From NCBI GenBank assembly GCA_010015585.1, contig ML975151.1: a DNA stretch of 64,000 bases, one strand, 5' to 3'. Positions 40,562-54,400 of the stretch are shown piece after piece (within the stretch, counting starts at the first letter, position 1; every line of letters starts with the position of its first letter). The position numbers and the translations under genes were made by a program. The DNA comes from Eremomyces bilateralis CBS 781.70. Taxonomy: Eukaryota. The notes below the pieces were generated by a model. The model ran no database searches and was not told the DNA's origin. It saw nothing but the letters and a program-made list of their open reading frames with translations.

Positions 40562-42868
40562 GGTAGGGCAAGGCACACAAGCGGAACTTAATATCAAGAT
40601 CGCACGAAGACAGTGCAAAAAGCAGAACGCTCAGGTTACACACAGAAACGAAGAGAGTGAATGGAAGTCAAGGGCGAATTGAAAGATCCAGTGGCTAAAT
40701 CAGCCGACAGCTCGATACGGGAATAGTAAGACTTAGACAATGTGATCAGGGCATCAAGGGCAAAGTTACCCAACAATGCGACTTCGCTTCTATGTTCGGT
40801 CTGGCCCATTAGCCCCACGATGGAACCAATATGATTCGCTTCGGGACGGCTAGATCGGGCTGCCTTCCCTGGCTATCGGGCTTGGCTAACGTGACCGACA
40901 GGAGACGGCCACATCGATCTGTTTGTCGTTCCTCGACGGTTCGGGATGGATGGCCCAGTCCATGCGAAGCAAGATCTCACTTGCTCCGATTCCATGGTTG
41001 AAGGGTTGCAACCAAACCCCCTTGTTTCCCATGTGCTAACTGCTAGCGACTCCATTCAACCGATCACTCCATCCAGTCCCACACTATTATTGTAGAATCG
41101 ATTCCATGAACCAGAAGCGAGTGGATGGGGGAGAGCGATCCCGCAGGTCGGAGAGATAGACAAGGGAAAATAGCGAATGATATGCGATCCCGTTGGAGTG
41201 GTCGATGGGACCGCGTTATTTGTCCAGATTTGCACATTCGTACATGCTTAGAAGCCCTGGTCCTATCATACATAGTAGGTCCTTTGTAATTCCTGCACGC
41301 CTGCATGTACTGATGACCACATGATGCTGCCGTAGTTGAGTGGGATACGCATAGGTACTTTGCTAGTGCCGGCCGGTAGGTCTGGACTGCGTGCTGGAGT
41401 ACGTAGTAGATGGGCTTAGGTAGGCTGTAGCCACCATTAAGGGACTGTCCCTGATAGGCGTTGAGGAGCCGCCGGAGAGATATTCGCTCGTCCTAGTAGG
41501 CATCCCGTACATCATACATGAGCTGGAAATTCTTGCGGTGAATCACTTTCTGGTGAAGTATGCCATGCCGAGTCCACGCATGCGTTCACACTTCCGAGGG
41601 ATAACCATCTCAATTTCTTCCCTGCCCTCACTTGCTAACAATGGCCCTCGCCCTGACTATCATCTCCTAAGTCTGGGGCTACGTAAAACCATTTCGTAAT
41701 CCTTTGAGAACGTTCTCCCAAGGCTCCCGCTTGCGTGTGCGGTATGATGACACCGGCGACCGGTTTGGCTCCCCCGAAGACGGCGCAATGCGGGAAATCC
41801 GGCTATGCGACGGGCTCAAGCGGGCCGTCCTTCCTACGATATTCCGTACCAACTTTTGGCCTCGGGACGGTGGGGATGTGGGGAGGGGGCGTTCATTAGG
41901 TATTTGGATACACAGGTGTTCACCCGACAAGAGAAGGGAAAGTCCGAAATAGCTAGATATCTTCGGTGGATTAATTACCTGTAATCCGAACTCCTCAGAG
42001 GATCGTGTTTTCGGCTACGTGGATACGGTAGACTCTGGGACATCCGGGACATCAGAAGACGATCGGAGTTGGTTCACGACCGGATAAGTCACTAATGGAA
42101 TTGCAATGCACAACATCTAGTACCTACCAGACACCAGTACTTATGCCACTTGGAACCATTAGCAATCCTTCCATTGAGTCGACACTCGCTGATCTGGATG
42201 CTAATGCTGGATACCTGTAACATACACTGACAGTCTGGCACTGATTTGAGGACTTTGACCGACCCGAACCGTAATGCAGTCCGTTGTTTTACCGACCCTT
42301 CCCAGATGAACCTTGCCCACGGAACGAAGACCAGCGTGCGGACAGCCAGAAATCGACCCCCAATCCTTACCTCCGACGTCGACGAAGGAGAACTCAGGTC
42401 CGCCATGCGGAAACAGCCACCGAAGAACTCACCATGAACGGAGTTCGGTTCAAGTGACGTCCACGCAGATGGTAATAACGACAAGTAAGAAAAGAAAGAT
42501 ACCATGAACCTTCGATGTGACCAAGTCCAACCACAAACCCGGTGAGTACCATTGAGTGCGCCTTTCCGAGACGAACGATAGGTGGATTTCCGATAGAAGA
42601 AAGTTGGTGCGGGAGAAGACACCGTCGAGTACTGCAAGCTGGATGCGGAAAAGCCGCCGTGATGGGTGCAGCGTGGAGATGCCTTACCGCTTACCCTATC
42701 GCGAGAATGGGGCGAGAGAGAACGCAAGGAGTTACCTCGAGGATACCAACCGTGTGAGCTGTACCGGCACTGACTGGTAGTTCGACCGTTTCGCTCTTCG
42801 GTGCCACGAGAAGACTAACAAGCTTGAAACGGAAGCCTCTTCCCTCAATATTGCGACGCCGCTCTTCA

Positions 42869-44296
42869 TTAATATCGCCGTTTACTCCTGGAGTCGTCGT
42901 AGCCGTCATCATCGTGGGGTCGTTTCCTGTAGTCGTCGCGTCCATACCCACCTTCGCGATCCCGGTCTCGGTATCCGCTGCCTTGTCGGAGGGGTTCGCG
43001 ATTACTCCCGCTTCCGAATCCTCCGCTTCGTCCTCCATACGGTGGGCGATCGTCATACCTTCCACCTCCACCTCCACGATCCCCGCCTCCACGGTCCCCG
43101 CCTCCACGATCTCCATATCCTGATCCATTCGGTCCATCGGGTGGTCCACGGCCACCACCACCATACCCACCGCTTCGCGGTCCTCTCGGTCCGGACGGCG
43201 CACCTTCTGGGGCTCCTCTACCGCCGAAACCGTTCGCTTCGTATCCAATTCCACGGCCGCCGTAGCCGCCTGGTCCGCGATCGCCACCACCGAACCCTCC
43301 TCGTCCACCGGGACCTCGGTCGAATCCCCCCCGGAAACCGCCACGTCCGCCTCGGAAACCGCCCATGCCACCGCGGAAGCCGCCCGGTCCGGTCGGAGGT
43401 CCAAAGCCGCCTGCAACGGCCGGTCGGAGAGGGAGCGCCTTGGTGTAGCCGCGACCACCGAGCCCACCGCCGTATCGGCGTGGTCGCCAACCAGAGACTG
43501 TACGGCCGCGTTCGACGTCTACTAAAACACGTCTGTCTTTGATACGAATACCATCGGTTTCTTTGTATGCGGCTGTATAAGAGAAGCGCGAGTGCCGTGT
43601 GTTAGTCGAAAATACTTTGAAATTACCTTGGATATAGGGATTTGTGGGATGACGGGAGTGTGAAACAGAAAATGGGGAAGATGTACCCTTCATATCCCGT
43701 TCCTTCTCATAGACGATGAAAGCATAACCGCGGTTCTTCTTCTTAGATTTCGAGCCTTTCTTCTCGGATTCATGTGTATCTTGGACGAGCCGAATCTGGT
43801 TGATGTTAGCTTTAATTCTTACTCACAATACTTGTCAAGGCATACCCGCTCAATCGGCCCAAACCTGCCGAATTCCCTCTCCAAGTCCTTGACTTCAGTA
43901 TCGTAGCTGAGCCGCGATACGAAGAGAGTTTTGAACGGATCTCCTCGAATATTCGGGTCATCGCTGGGTTTGTCTAGAATCCGTTAGCTGCCTTGCGCAA
44001 AATCATGTCGTAACCCGCCTGTCGAACTCACAAAGTTTGACTGCCCCGTTGATGATATATTCTCTCTTCTTCTCCTTCTCGAGCTTCACCCTTTCCTTCT
44101 TCTCCAGCCAGCTCTCCGTGTATTTCGACTTATCCTCCTGTGCCTCCTTCTCTTTCAGAGCCGGGAGAAAGGCTGCAACTCCGACTATCGTAGCTGTTTT
44201 TCGTTCTTCGGGCGCGCGGTCAGACGGTGGCATATACCGGAGAGGCGGACGCGGCGCGAAGAGCGCAAGGAGGTTTGGGGGGAGCTTGTCCGTCAT
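42869..44296 (-). CDS. SNP1: U1 snRNP 70 kDa protein (3 introns)
   Basis: [33 protein letters not shown] (RNP2), RGYAFIVYE (RNP1), [22 protein letters not shown] and an RGG/RD-rich tail. Confidence 0.96.
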
Positions 44297-44627
44297 GTTA
44301 GTTGGGAGTCGGGATCAAGTTATGACATGAACGGAAGAGAGTTCAAATGATGGAAGAGTAGAAGGCAAGTCCGAAATGAAAAACGAAGATGAAGGAAGAA
44401 TCAAACGATGGACTTTGGCAAGACACGATGCCAAAAAGTGCAAGTCCACAAAGTGAAAGTCGCGTCGCAACTGAAGTCTGCGATCAATCCATGCAAGGCT
44501 TCAAGGCTGCAAGGATGACACGGAATACGCCGTCTTGGCAATATTTTCAACTTCATCCATTTCACGCAGCTGCGAGTTCTATTCCTCACCCATCCATCGA
44601 GTCCGATAAGTCATGCATTCGTGAACA

Positions 44628-45169
44628 ATGGGCCTGCAAGCGCTTTCTGCGATGGCCAAGGGCCAGGTACGCGTCACCGGAATGTCTTACATGCATTCAC
44701 AAGGCTAACAGCGAAATAGAATGGCGTCGGCGCCTTCATTCTCCAATGCAAGCGAATAGACTTCCACTACTGCGACTACTGGGGCAGCTCAAAGGGCATG
44801 GTGTACGTATTTCCGCTATCGTCTACATGCGACTTGCGTGTCTAATGATCCATAACCAGATCCTTCCTGAAACACCGCCTTGCCCACTTCGCAAAAGAAC
44901 ATCCCTCCATTGAAATCAACGTCTCCCCCAAACCAAACCACCACCCCGTCATCAAAGGCACCTTCATCAACGGACGGATCCGAGCGATATGCGTGAAGAA
45001 TCTGGAGCCGACGCAGATATACCAGAAAGCCCTGATTTTGAGGAACGCGAGTGGTGATAAGGTCAAGCGATGGAATAAGCCCGTCAGGAGCGACAACCCG
45101 AGTGTTAGAGGGATATGGAGTCCGTTCCATGGGGCGAAGGTCAGCCTGTTGTCCGGAAAGGGCTCATGA
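44628..45169 (+). CDS. MRPL51: Mitochondrial large-subunit ribosomal protein mL43 (2 introns)
   Basis: GQ-NGVGAFILQCKRIDFHYCDYWGSSKGM..HPVIKGTFINGRIRAICVKNL..NPSVRGIWSPFH. Confidence 0.92.
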
Positions 45170-46173
45170 ATTGGATTTCGAGGGCATATGGGTGGCGTAC
45201 GGATGCATGTTTGTATATATATGTACGTTGGCAGGAACAGAATGTAATACCATTGTCTTGCTAAGATATGCAATGTGTCTCGTTTATGCCAAGGGAAGTG
45301 TTTTGGCGTCAACATGAACGAGATTGAAGGCGTGGGAGAAATCAGAAGCGAAAGAAAATGAGGGGAGTGAGGGAAAGGCTCTGCTGGAGTTAATTTGGTA
45401 TGCTTCAAAATGGCTGGCCTACGGATCGCCCGAGCTTTGTCTTACAGGTTGCTTCTTGATTAAAGTCTTCCCAATAGTGCTTACTAATGGAGGCTAAATT
45501 CAATATGACATCACGGTGTCCATTTCCTGTTGTGATGGTTACTTAACGGGGATCAGAACAATATACTCCGGCCCTCAATAGGCAGCAACACCCTATGTTA
45601 GGCGCCTTTTTGCACCAAAGAATGAGATAGGACTGGATTACTGGAGTACAAGAGGTGTCATTAAAAAATATTTCCCATACTCTTTCCCCTCTTCCATAAT
45701 AATCATTTAAATCATAGTTCCATGAAACCGTCATCTCTCCACATCGAAGTCCTTGCGCTAGTAGTTGTCCATTGCCAGCATGTTCCAACCCTCCCTTCAA
45801 GATCATGACAGAAACCTTCATCACAAATGAATCATCTAACTGCCGTACATTGGTTGACATCCAGGGTATCATCGGATCAGCGAAGCTTGCGCCTCGTCCC
45901 TGCGTATCCCGCTTCGAAACTGCAACCCATCGCTATGCAGAAATGGCGAATAAAAAGCAACCCCCGCTAAGATGAAAACGAACCATGAGACGAAATGAGA
46001 ATGCCGGGGACAGTACGTATGGAGGGAGGTAGCTGTCCGAATGAAATGATAGAACCCCCGCTTGAACGCAGCAAACCGAACCCGAAAGAAGAGCCATGCA
46101 AAAATAAACGGTGAATGAGTCCGGCTCGCTCTCCATCGAATCGAAAGAAGATAGGAGAATGTCCGGGCGCCTC

Positions 46174-49100
46174 TCAAACACTGACCGTCCTTCGCTTCAC
46201 CACCATCGGCTTCTGCGCATAGCAGATCAACAGCCTAAAATTCGTTCCCCTACGCTCACACTCTCGCAGCAATGTCCGGTCATCCCAGATGCTCTGCCCC
46301 GTCTCTTTATCCGACGATGTTGCACCGCTCTCGTAGCATTGCGTATACCACCATCTTCCAACTCTCGCAACCATTTTGGTGATGTTTGCGTCGCCACCAT
46401 CCGAGGCGTCTGACTCGACACTCTGCTCGTCCGCTTTGGCTTTCCCCTTGCTCCCACCGCTGCTACCTTCCGCATCGCCTTCTTCGCCACTGCCACTTTC
46501 ATCCATGCTGCGCGTGATCGGCCCTGAGATAGGGACGCCGACCACACACCGCTGCAGGCCTTCGAACCCCCTCCTCCCGACGCACCGCATCAAGTTGTCG
46601 GCCACGGGTTTCAAGCTCACCCCCGGTTGCGCAAACTGCATGCGTTCCTTGAGGCTGCGGACGGCGCGACGGGCGCGATTACCCATGTTCAGGAGGTCGA
46701 GGTCCAGGGCGAAGACCTCGAGGTAGCCGCCGGGCCGGAGGACGCGCTTGCACTCGGAGAGGGTGGCGCTGTAAGCAGAGTCGGGGACGGCCTGTGGGAA
46801 GCGGAAGACGGCGCAGGCGAAAAAGCCGCGGGGGAAGGGAAATGGGGCGTTGGGGTACGGGTGATGGATATGGCGATGGTTTGTGGGAGATTGTCCGGCT
46901 GGGTTAGAGGACGTTGGGGAGGCGATGGTGGGGTCGGGACCAAGGCTGTAGATGGTGGCGTTTGGATAAGTGAGGGCGGCGTAGTACGACCAATCTAAGG
47001 GAATGTTAGGGGACACTTGCTAAATAAAAGTCGGGGTGAGGCTTACCCTTTCCAAGCCCATCCAATATCAGGACGCGGTTCTCACTGCGCTCCTGCACTT
47101 CATAATGTGCCGGACTGAACAACACTCGTCCAAAAGACAGCCACTTGCTCGTCATGAGCGCGCCGAACCGCAGATTCCCCATCGATCCCGTCTCTTCCTG
47201 GTCCTGTTGGGCAATTGCAATCGGTCGACTGTCGCGGTCTTTGGTTGAGGGAAGTTGGGATTTGGGATCGGTGTGACGTGGCTGTGAAGGTGATGAGAAG
47301 TGCGAAAGCTCGGAGCCTTGAGAATCCCGCGATAGTAGTGGGCTTTGTTCAGCTGTTTTAAGGTCCCTCAATCCTCTGACAAGACTTCCGACGCGGATGC
47401 TGCCAACTTCTGAGACCGAAGGGCGATCCTCGACTTCCAAACTCTGCTTCGTACCGGAACTGAATCTTCCGTGAGAAGGAGAGCCAAAGCTTGATTGAGT
47501 GTTCCTGTCACCGTATGCATTAAGGAAATCTGTGATAGACAGCGGACTATTCGGCGTAGTAACCGAAAGCCTTGGGATGTCTTCGAGTTGGTCAACTGAA
47601 GGCAACTGAATATGAGGTGGACGCAGTTGTGGAAGTGGTGGAGGTTGTAGATGCTGATGATGCGGAACAGTTATCATGAGGCCGTTGCTGGCGGCTTGGG
47701 CATTTTGAATGGACGTCGGACCAAGCTGTTGATGCCGGATAGCGCTCCCAGGATGCTGTGACATGCCGGCACCGCCCATTACCAAGCCATTAGTAGGATT
47801 ATTAGTCGCCAGATAATGATGGTGGAACGGAGCTCCTAGGCTAGACCCCGTGCCAGGTGTACGCGGCGTGCGGGGGGTAACGACATCGTCAATGAAGTCG
47901 TTGTACTCGTTCCAGACCTCATCTTCAGTCACCGGTGCTCCCCTAGGCGGTATCAAAGCGATTGGAATTGGAATGGCTCCAGTAGTAGAATTGCTCGTTG
48001 TAGAGGCCTCGGAATTTTGTCGAATGGCGAGTCGCAAAAATTCCTGCCCATCGCCGAAAGGAATCCCGTGTCGTGACATTTCCGACATATTTACTTCTTG
48101 TTGTGCTGAAGCAATACCCGGTTCGGAATTGAAGGCTTGTGGATGTGTAGGCGGGAGAGTATTCCCATATCGCACATCCGTGAACGCTAGGGAGCCCTGA
48201 TATTGTTGTCCAAACATACCAGCTCCAAGAGGTCCATCCACTGTAGCCATCTGCTGGAGTGGTGGCGACATGCCCGGCCTTGGTACGTTTGGGACAAATG
48301 GCCGAGAAAAGGAATGCGTCGATGGGGCAATCTCCCTATCCCGTTTCGAGACGACTTGTGGGATTCGGCCAACCTGAGGCAGACGGCTCCGATGGGGTGG
48401 CTGAGGATGAATCTGCAGTTGCCGAGCGTCGCCCGTCTGCCAATGCTCGCCCCCTTCATTATCCGGGCCTTGCATAGGGCTAATTGAAGTCCTCGACTTG
48501 TCAATATACGCTATAGGCCCAACAAGTGGGCTCACATCAGCGGCCCTAGCAAGATTGGAAGGGTTGACGGGAGATTGTTCCTTGCGCAAAAACACCTTAG
48601 GACTAGCAGGTCTTTGAAGCATGCCGTTTTGAAGATCCGAAGGCAGTGAAGGAGGCGGCGGTAATAGCATAGATTGCTTGTATGCGGCTTTATCGTTGGG
48701 TTTCTGCAATCGCTCATTGTCGTCCTGGATTGGCGAGACCAGCGAGTGCGCCCAAATTTCGGCTCCGATCTCTTTCTCTTTGGCATCCTCATCGCATCCA
48801 ATATCAGCTTCGCGCAGGATGTTCTCCAACTCGGCCATATCGATGCGGTCCGGTGCAGACGGATCTGACATAGCATAGTGCGCTACGGTCCTATTGATTG
48901 CGTACTTGGTCGGAGCTACTCCTGTCTCCCCACTGGATGCCATACTCGGAGTGGAGGTTGACCCATCTCTTCGAGGGGAAGCAGCTGCTGCTGCAGAGGC
49001 ACCCATCGTTCTTTGAAAGAAATTCCACTTTTTTGCCGGCTTTTGCGGTTGCAGATGGGATGACTGCGAAGCCTGCGATTGTGCATCGCTGCCCTTGCGG

Positions 49101-51496
49101 CGGAACCAGTTTCGACTGGCGGTGCTGTCGTTACTGTCTGCGCGAGAGGTTGCGCTTCCCAAGGCAGGTTCTGGACTACGTATAGAAGCAGCGACATTGA
49201 GGGGTGTTGGAGCTGGCGTGTTAGAGTCAGGGGTGAGTTGGGATCTCCTCGAGATTCTTCGCGATGCCAAAGTACTCAGTCCATTCGCGAGATATGTACG
49301 TCTCTTAACCGGCTCTGTCATCTGCTGATGCCCGTGTTCCATAGGCGAGGGTAGCAAAGTCAGCTTCCCGCGGATCGGCTTCCGTTGCTCAGTCATCGAC
49401 TCTTGACTGCTAGCACTGCCTTTCCTGTCAACCACCTCTGCGACTCCTTGGCCTCTCAAGGTGACAGGCGCAATCCTTGAACTAAGAAAGTCATCAATTT
49501 CTTGCTCATTATCCACACTACTCTTCCGCGATGACCGACTGCCTGCACTTCCGCTTCGTCCCCCGCTTGCTGCACTGTTGGTCCCGCTTGTAGTACTTCC
49601 ACTTCGGCCTCTGGTCGAAGCTGAATGTCCGTACCGGCCGTAGCCTTCGTGGCCGGTACCCGCCGCAGGACCCTTTCGGAGTTTCTTGTCCTTCCCGGTC
49701 AGATTCTCCATTGGCGTTGCAGGATGTGTAGAGGCAGTGGTTACAGCAGGTTCCGTCTTTCGCCGGAAGAAACCGAAACGCGGCTTGGGACTGGCACCCG
49801 TAGAAGACCCAGCGCTTGGGCGTCGTAATTTGGTGGGAGGCGGCTGCTCACTCTCGCTCAGGTCTGGTGTCTTCAGCCCACTAGTAGAGATATATGAAGG
49901 CGATAGCACCGACACTTTCGAAGAGTTGCTGGGGCTTGGCGACGGATTGCGAGAGGACGTCCTACTAGCGAAGCCGAACCTTGTCCGAGGAGTATTGTTG
50001 AGGGCTGCAGGTGGAGGTCCTGTTGACTGTGATCGAGAATCACTAGAGGATTTCCTGCGGTGAGTTTGGGAAGGAAGATGTGTTAGGTTGCTTTGAATGA
50101 CTGGAGAGGCTTCTCGAAGGGATGACATATCAGGCGTTCCATCCCTACTTGGTCGTATGGGCTTGGAGCCAGCTTTGAGCGGAGATGACGCATTTGGGTG
50201 CTCAGAGACCGCGGGCGGATTCCCCAAATGCGCAAATTCGGGGGGGTTTAATGGTGCGGTCTTATTGAAAGGCGGCTGAGGCGATCTCCTTGGACTTATT
50301 GTCGAATTGACGGTCTGAATATACTCTGGGGCAGTCTTGGCACGAGTGACGACTGGTGGAATAGATGGCTTCTGGAGCGGTGGGCTTGGAGGGGGAGTGG
50401 ATAGTCTTCGTGTCGCTTTCTGGTCCTGCATTCTGGTGGGTTCAGGAGCTCGAATGGTGGACGATGAGCTTGTTGACTCTCTGACAGATGACAACCCATC
50501 ATCGTCGTCCGCAGTACCCTTTCGTCGAGTTATTGGTGGGCGACTTTTTGGGCTCTTTTTCCGGTCCGGTCGAGTATTTGGAATGACGGAGAGGCCCGGA
50601 GCGGCGGCAAGAACTCCTGGCGAGTAAGACGATATCGACGTCGGTGTCGAACTGATGCTAAAGACCCCGGGCGACTCAGAATACCGCGTCGAGGGGCTAC
50701 CGTTGCCAAGAGTAAAATGTAGCGTTGGAGGCGGCAAATTATCGGTCCTTAAAGGAGTTGGATCAGTGGCACCGGAGTAGAAAGGGCTGCTTCCTGCATC
50801 ATGTGGACTCGGCATGGCTGGAGACATGTGGGAGAGCACAGATGTGGAAGTAGGCATGGTGATCCCAAGAACAGAGTCCTGGAACGGGTCGATGAAGCCA
50901 CCGATGGGCTTTCCAAGCCGGCTTTCATCATGGGAAGATGTGGACCCGGATCGATTTCGATTTCCGGGGCGCCCGATTGATGATGCTTTTCTTCGGATGT
51001 GGTTGGAGTTGGGGCTGTCTTGGGTCGATGCCGATGAACCAGAGACCAAAGATGGAGTCCGCGTTGGCTCAAACCGAGTCCGAGGCGCGGCATGAGCCAG
51101 CGGAATCTCCCTCCATGAGTTGGAATCTGGCTGTCGATAACGAGGCGACATAGCTGGAGGATAGGTCGAACTTTTCGTCGGTGGGATCATTTTCGATGGA
51201 GCTGCGTTTATAGCTGGTTTCGACGATGGTCCAGGATTGGAGGAGGGTATCGTTCGCTCAGTCTTTCCATTATTGTCGTCCGATTTCTTTAATTTCCGTT
51301 TCGACAACTTCGACGAAGTCAACGAAGATGGGGTCGGGATACTCGATGGTTGCTTGGAGCTACTGCTCGAGCTAGGACCGCTTTTCGAGGGTGGTATTCG
51401 TGTGGATGGAGCACGCTTCGAATTAGGATTAACCGTCCCGGCGAGCAACTGCTCCGGCCGTCTGGGAACGCCGGTGTGTGATCTATACGATGCCAT
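46174..51496 (-). CDS. Large Ser/Pro-rich protein (~1750 aa) with C-terminal type-11 methyltransferase-like domain; intron 46995-47046
   Basis: The 1496-aa and 280-aa ORFs are joined by a GT-AG intron. Motifs KGPAAGTGHEGYGRY, NLRFGALMTSKWLSFGRVLFSPAH and ECKRVLRPGGYLE. Confidence 0.88.
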
Positions 51497-54400
51497 TTCG
51501 GGATCCTGCTCCGTGTGACTGTAGAGGTCGCATCTATTGCTAGCCTATTGAAGGCGGTGGGACGCGAAGTAGGATCGTTTGCTTCCGAAGTGCTTCATGA
51601 AGTCCGCTCCGAAGGTTCTGGTATTCCCATACTCTGGTTGTGGGTGATACAGTCAGCTGCTGTGCTCCGGACGAAGGCACAAGGAACGAGAAGAAGGATA
51701 CCAGATTGAACCACAAACTGAGCTCGGACTAGGCAGAACAAACACTCAAAGAATTCGCAGGAAGTATTTCACTAGCCTTCCATGAGCTGAGCCCAATATC
51801 CAGCGCCTGAAGTACGAAGGACAATGAGGAGGTGGCGTCTTTAGGCGGCAAAGAGAAGAGACTTTTGAAAGGGCAGGCAAACCAGTGCCTTTAGAAAATA
51901 AGACGACGTACACTGATCAACTACTTCCACTCAAGTTTCCAGCTCTTTTGCCTTGCGGGGATATTATCTTATTTGAAGTTGTCAAAGTTCGTATGATGTG
52001 CTGCGCCACCGGGGCCACCGAGACCGTTGACGCAGTCGTCCACTCGGTTCGCAAGGCTGCTACGACGTGACTCGCCAAATGCGCGTCCACGTTGCGATTA
52101 AACCTAGAAATTCATGCAAACGGATCCTCGCTGCGCAGGTACAATCCTGTCAAGAGAGGGAAAGATCAGGATATCGATGGAGCCGCAGGCGAGTCCGAAT
52201 GTTTTGTACGACTCTCACCAAAGGTACCCCCGCCGTTCCCGCGAGGCCCGAAGCGCGTGGGGCAGAGTGTCTTTCGAAGCGCCGGGATCAATTCAACGTT
52301 GTTCAGGGTACTTCCGAAGATCGAAGTACTAAGAGGCTTGCCACCCTTGCTGTCAGACAGCTTCGTTTGTGTCCGTTCTGCGTTCGTAAGTATATACAAC
52401 CGGAATATGGTGTGTCAACAAAAGAATGAAGAGAGAGCGGGAGAGGCGAAGAGGTGAGAAGCAGGATGCATATGAGTGATCTTCATCAGGCATATTGCCA
52501 GTCTGCGCCTTAGGTATCCCCTCCTGAGGGAATTCGCTCCTCCCTCCTACTCCTCTCAAGTCTCAACAAATGTGTCTCCTCGCGTCTAATCCCTTCAAGA
52601 CCAGTCCCTTGTCGTGGAGCCATGTTGACGGCGTCGCGGGGAGGTTAGAACGCCTCCTTGGAACCACTTTTGACAGGTATCTGGATCCCGCAATGGGCAA
52701 AGCATGCATCATCGAGGCTCAATAGGCACCATGACGGGACGAGACCTGGATTCGGCTCAGCCGGCTGAGGAAAAACTAAAGCCGCGTCCTCCATTCTCAG
52801 GCCAGAAGCGGCGCCAATCCCGCATAGAGCTGGAAGGGTCTTCTCAACTGTGTGGGAGAGAGATTGCTCAACCACGCTGAATGGTCAGTAGGGACAAGTG
52901 GTTGAGCCAGTAAGACGGTGACTTTGGCTATTCAGAAGTCGATTCGCAGCCGCAGTCAAACGAATTGGCCAAAGCTTTGGGCTTACCCCGGTCTTTTCGG
53001 GGCGCTCCTTTTACCAACGTCTTTTGCGAGGGCCGCCAACAGGCCAGAGGTTAGCGTGGGATGGTGGATTATTGGTGGTGTCTGGGTCAACCCCGCAGTC
53101 TTTCTCGAAAAGTGATGTTGAAGACTGTATGGTGGATGGAGGATGTACATCTTGGAGCCTCGTCTATTAGCGGGGATGACTTGCCTACTGCATTCTCTGC
53201 TGATTTGGTCAAAGGAGTGTTAAACGGGAACCGCTAGAGTACACAAGCCGATTATCGTGCTCCAGCTTCCACCGACTCGCATTGTGAGCACTCTGAGAAG
53301 GCTCATGGACCCATCAATCGCTTAAAGCACACTTGTTAGTGCCCTTGGAGCCCTATGGTCAAGAACGAATGGTGTCCAGTATGCTTGAAGGAAGCATGGC
53401 AATGGTCAGAAACACCATCCACATGACTTTGTCGTCTGCCGTCTGTGCTGTAATCCAGTTGGAGTGACCTGAAGGATCTTCTGTCCTGCACAAATTGTCT
53501 GTGGGTAGTGATTGTCCGAGATTTTCCATCCTGATGGCTTTCAGCAGCCATTGTTTACGAGATGGGTTGCTGAGTGATACAATTACTTTGGTTGCTCTTG
53601 GACAAGCCCATTGTGGTATGGTATCAAACAAGGCACGCTTAACCTTGTCTTGTGCATCATCGGGTTGGTGCCAGAGAGTATTTTGATATCCGATGGTGGA
53701 CAGCTTTCGACTCTAAATCACACACGTACAGCCAGGTCACATTGTGCGCATATCCACCTTTGATATACGAACCCGACTCGAGAACATAGGACATGTTTCT
53801 ACCATCATCGTGCTACCTTGAAGTGGCGGGTTTTAATGGGTAACGCCAACAGGAACATTCTGGGGGCGCCTCAGCTGGTGGCCTGGTGCTCCTGATGGGT
53901 CCACAGACCAGCGGACCGTTCCTGATATCAACCAAAGTCTCACAATGGGGCCGGGTCGGAAGGCGGAGCGTCTCGTAGCGTCTTTAAATCCGACCAAATT
54001 GTGCCCATCACGATGATTTCAACCGATACGTCCGTATAGGTAGTAGGTCGACTCCAAGGATGAAGATAGGCGTAACCCGAGTGGGCAATAAACCCCTCTC
54101 CAGGTCTCCAACTCGCCACGATGTCTTACTGCGGGGCCAACCAGCATTGTGTATTAAACACAAGGTCATTCAACGTCCGTATCCCACGTACCAGTATGTG
54201 CAAGGAGACCAAACATGTGGGCTCGCGGCCTGTCGCGCTCTCACATTATTGCTGACGCTCCACGTTTCATAGTTGGTGTAACTCGTAAGGAACCGCATTC
54301 GATATACGAAGGATTATGCAACACAACCCCAGGGCCCAGTTGTCATCAGTGTGACAGTGTCCCTGGAATACGCTGGTTGCTAGGAGTCGTGCCGGATCAT

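Noticed and set aside
42691..43542. Alternative-frame and antisense ORFs over the U1-70K tail
   Set aside because: By-products of GC-rich RGG-encoding sequence.
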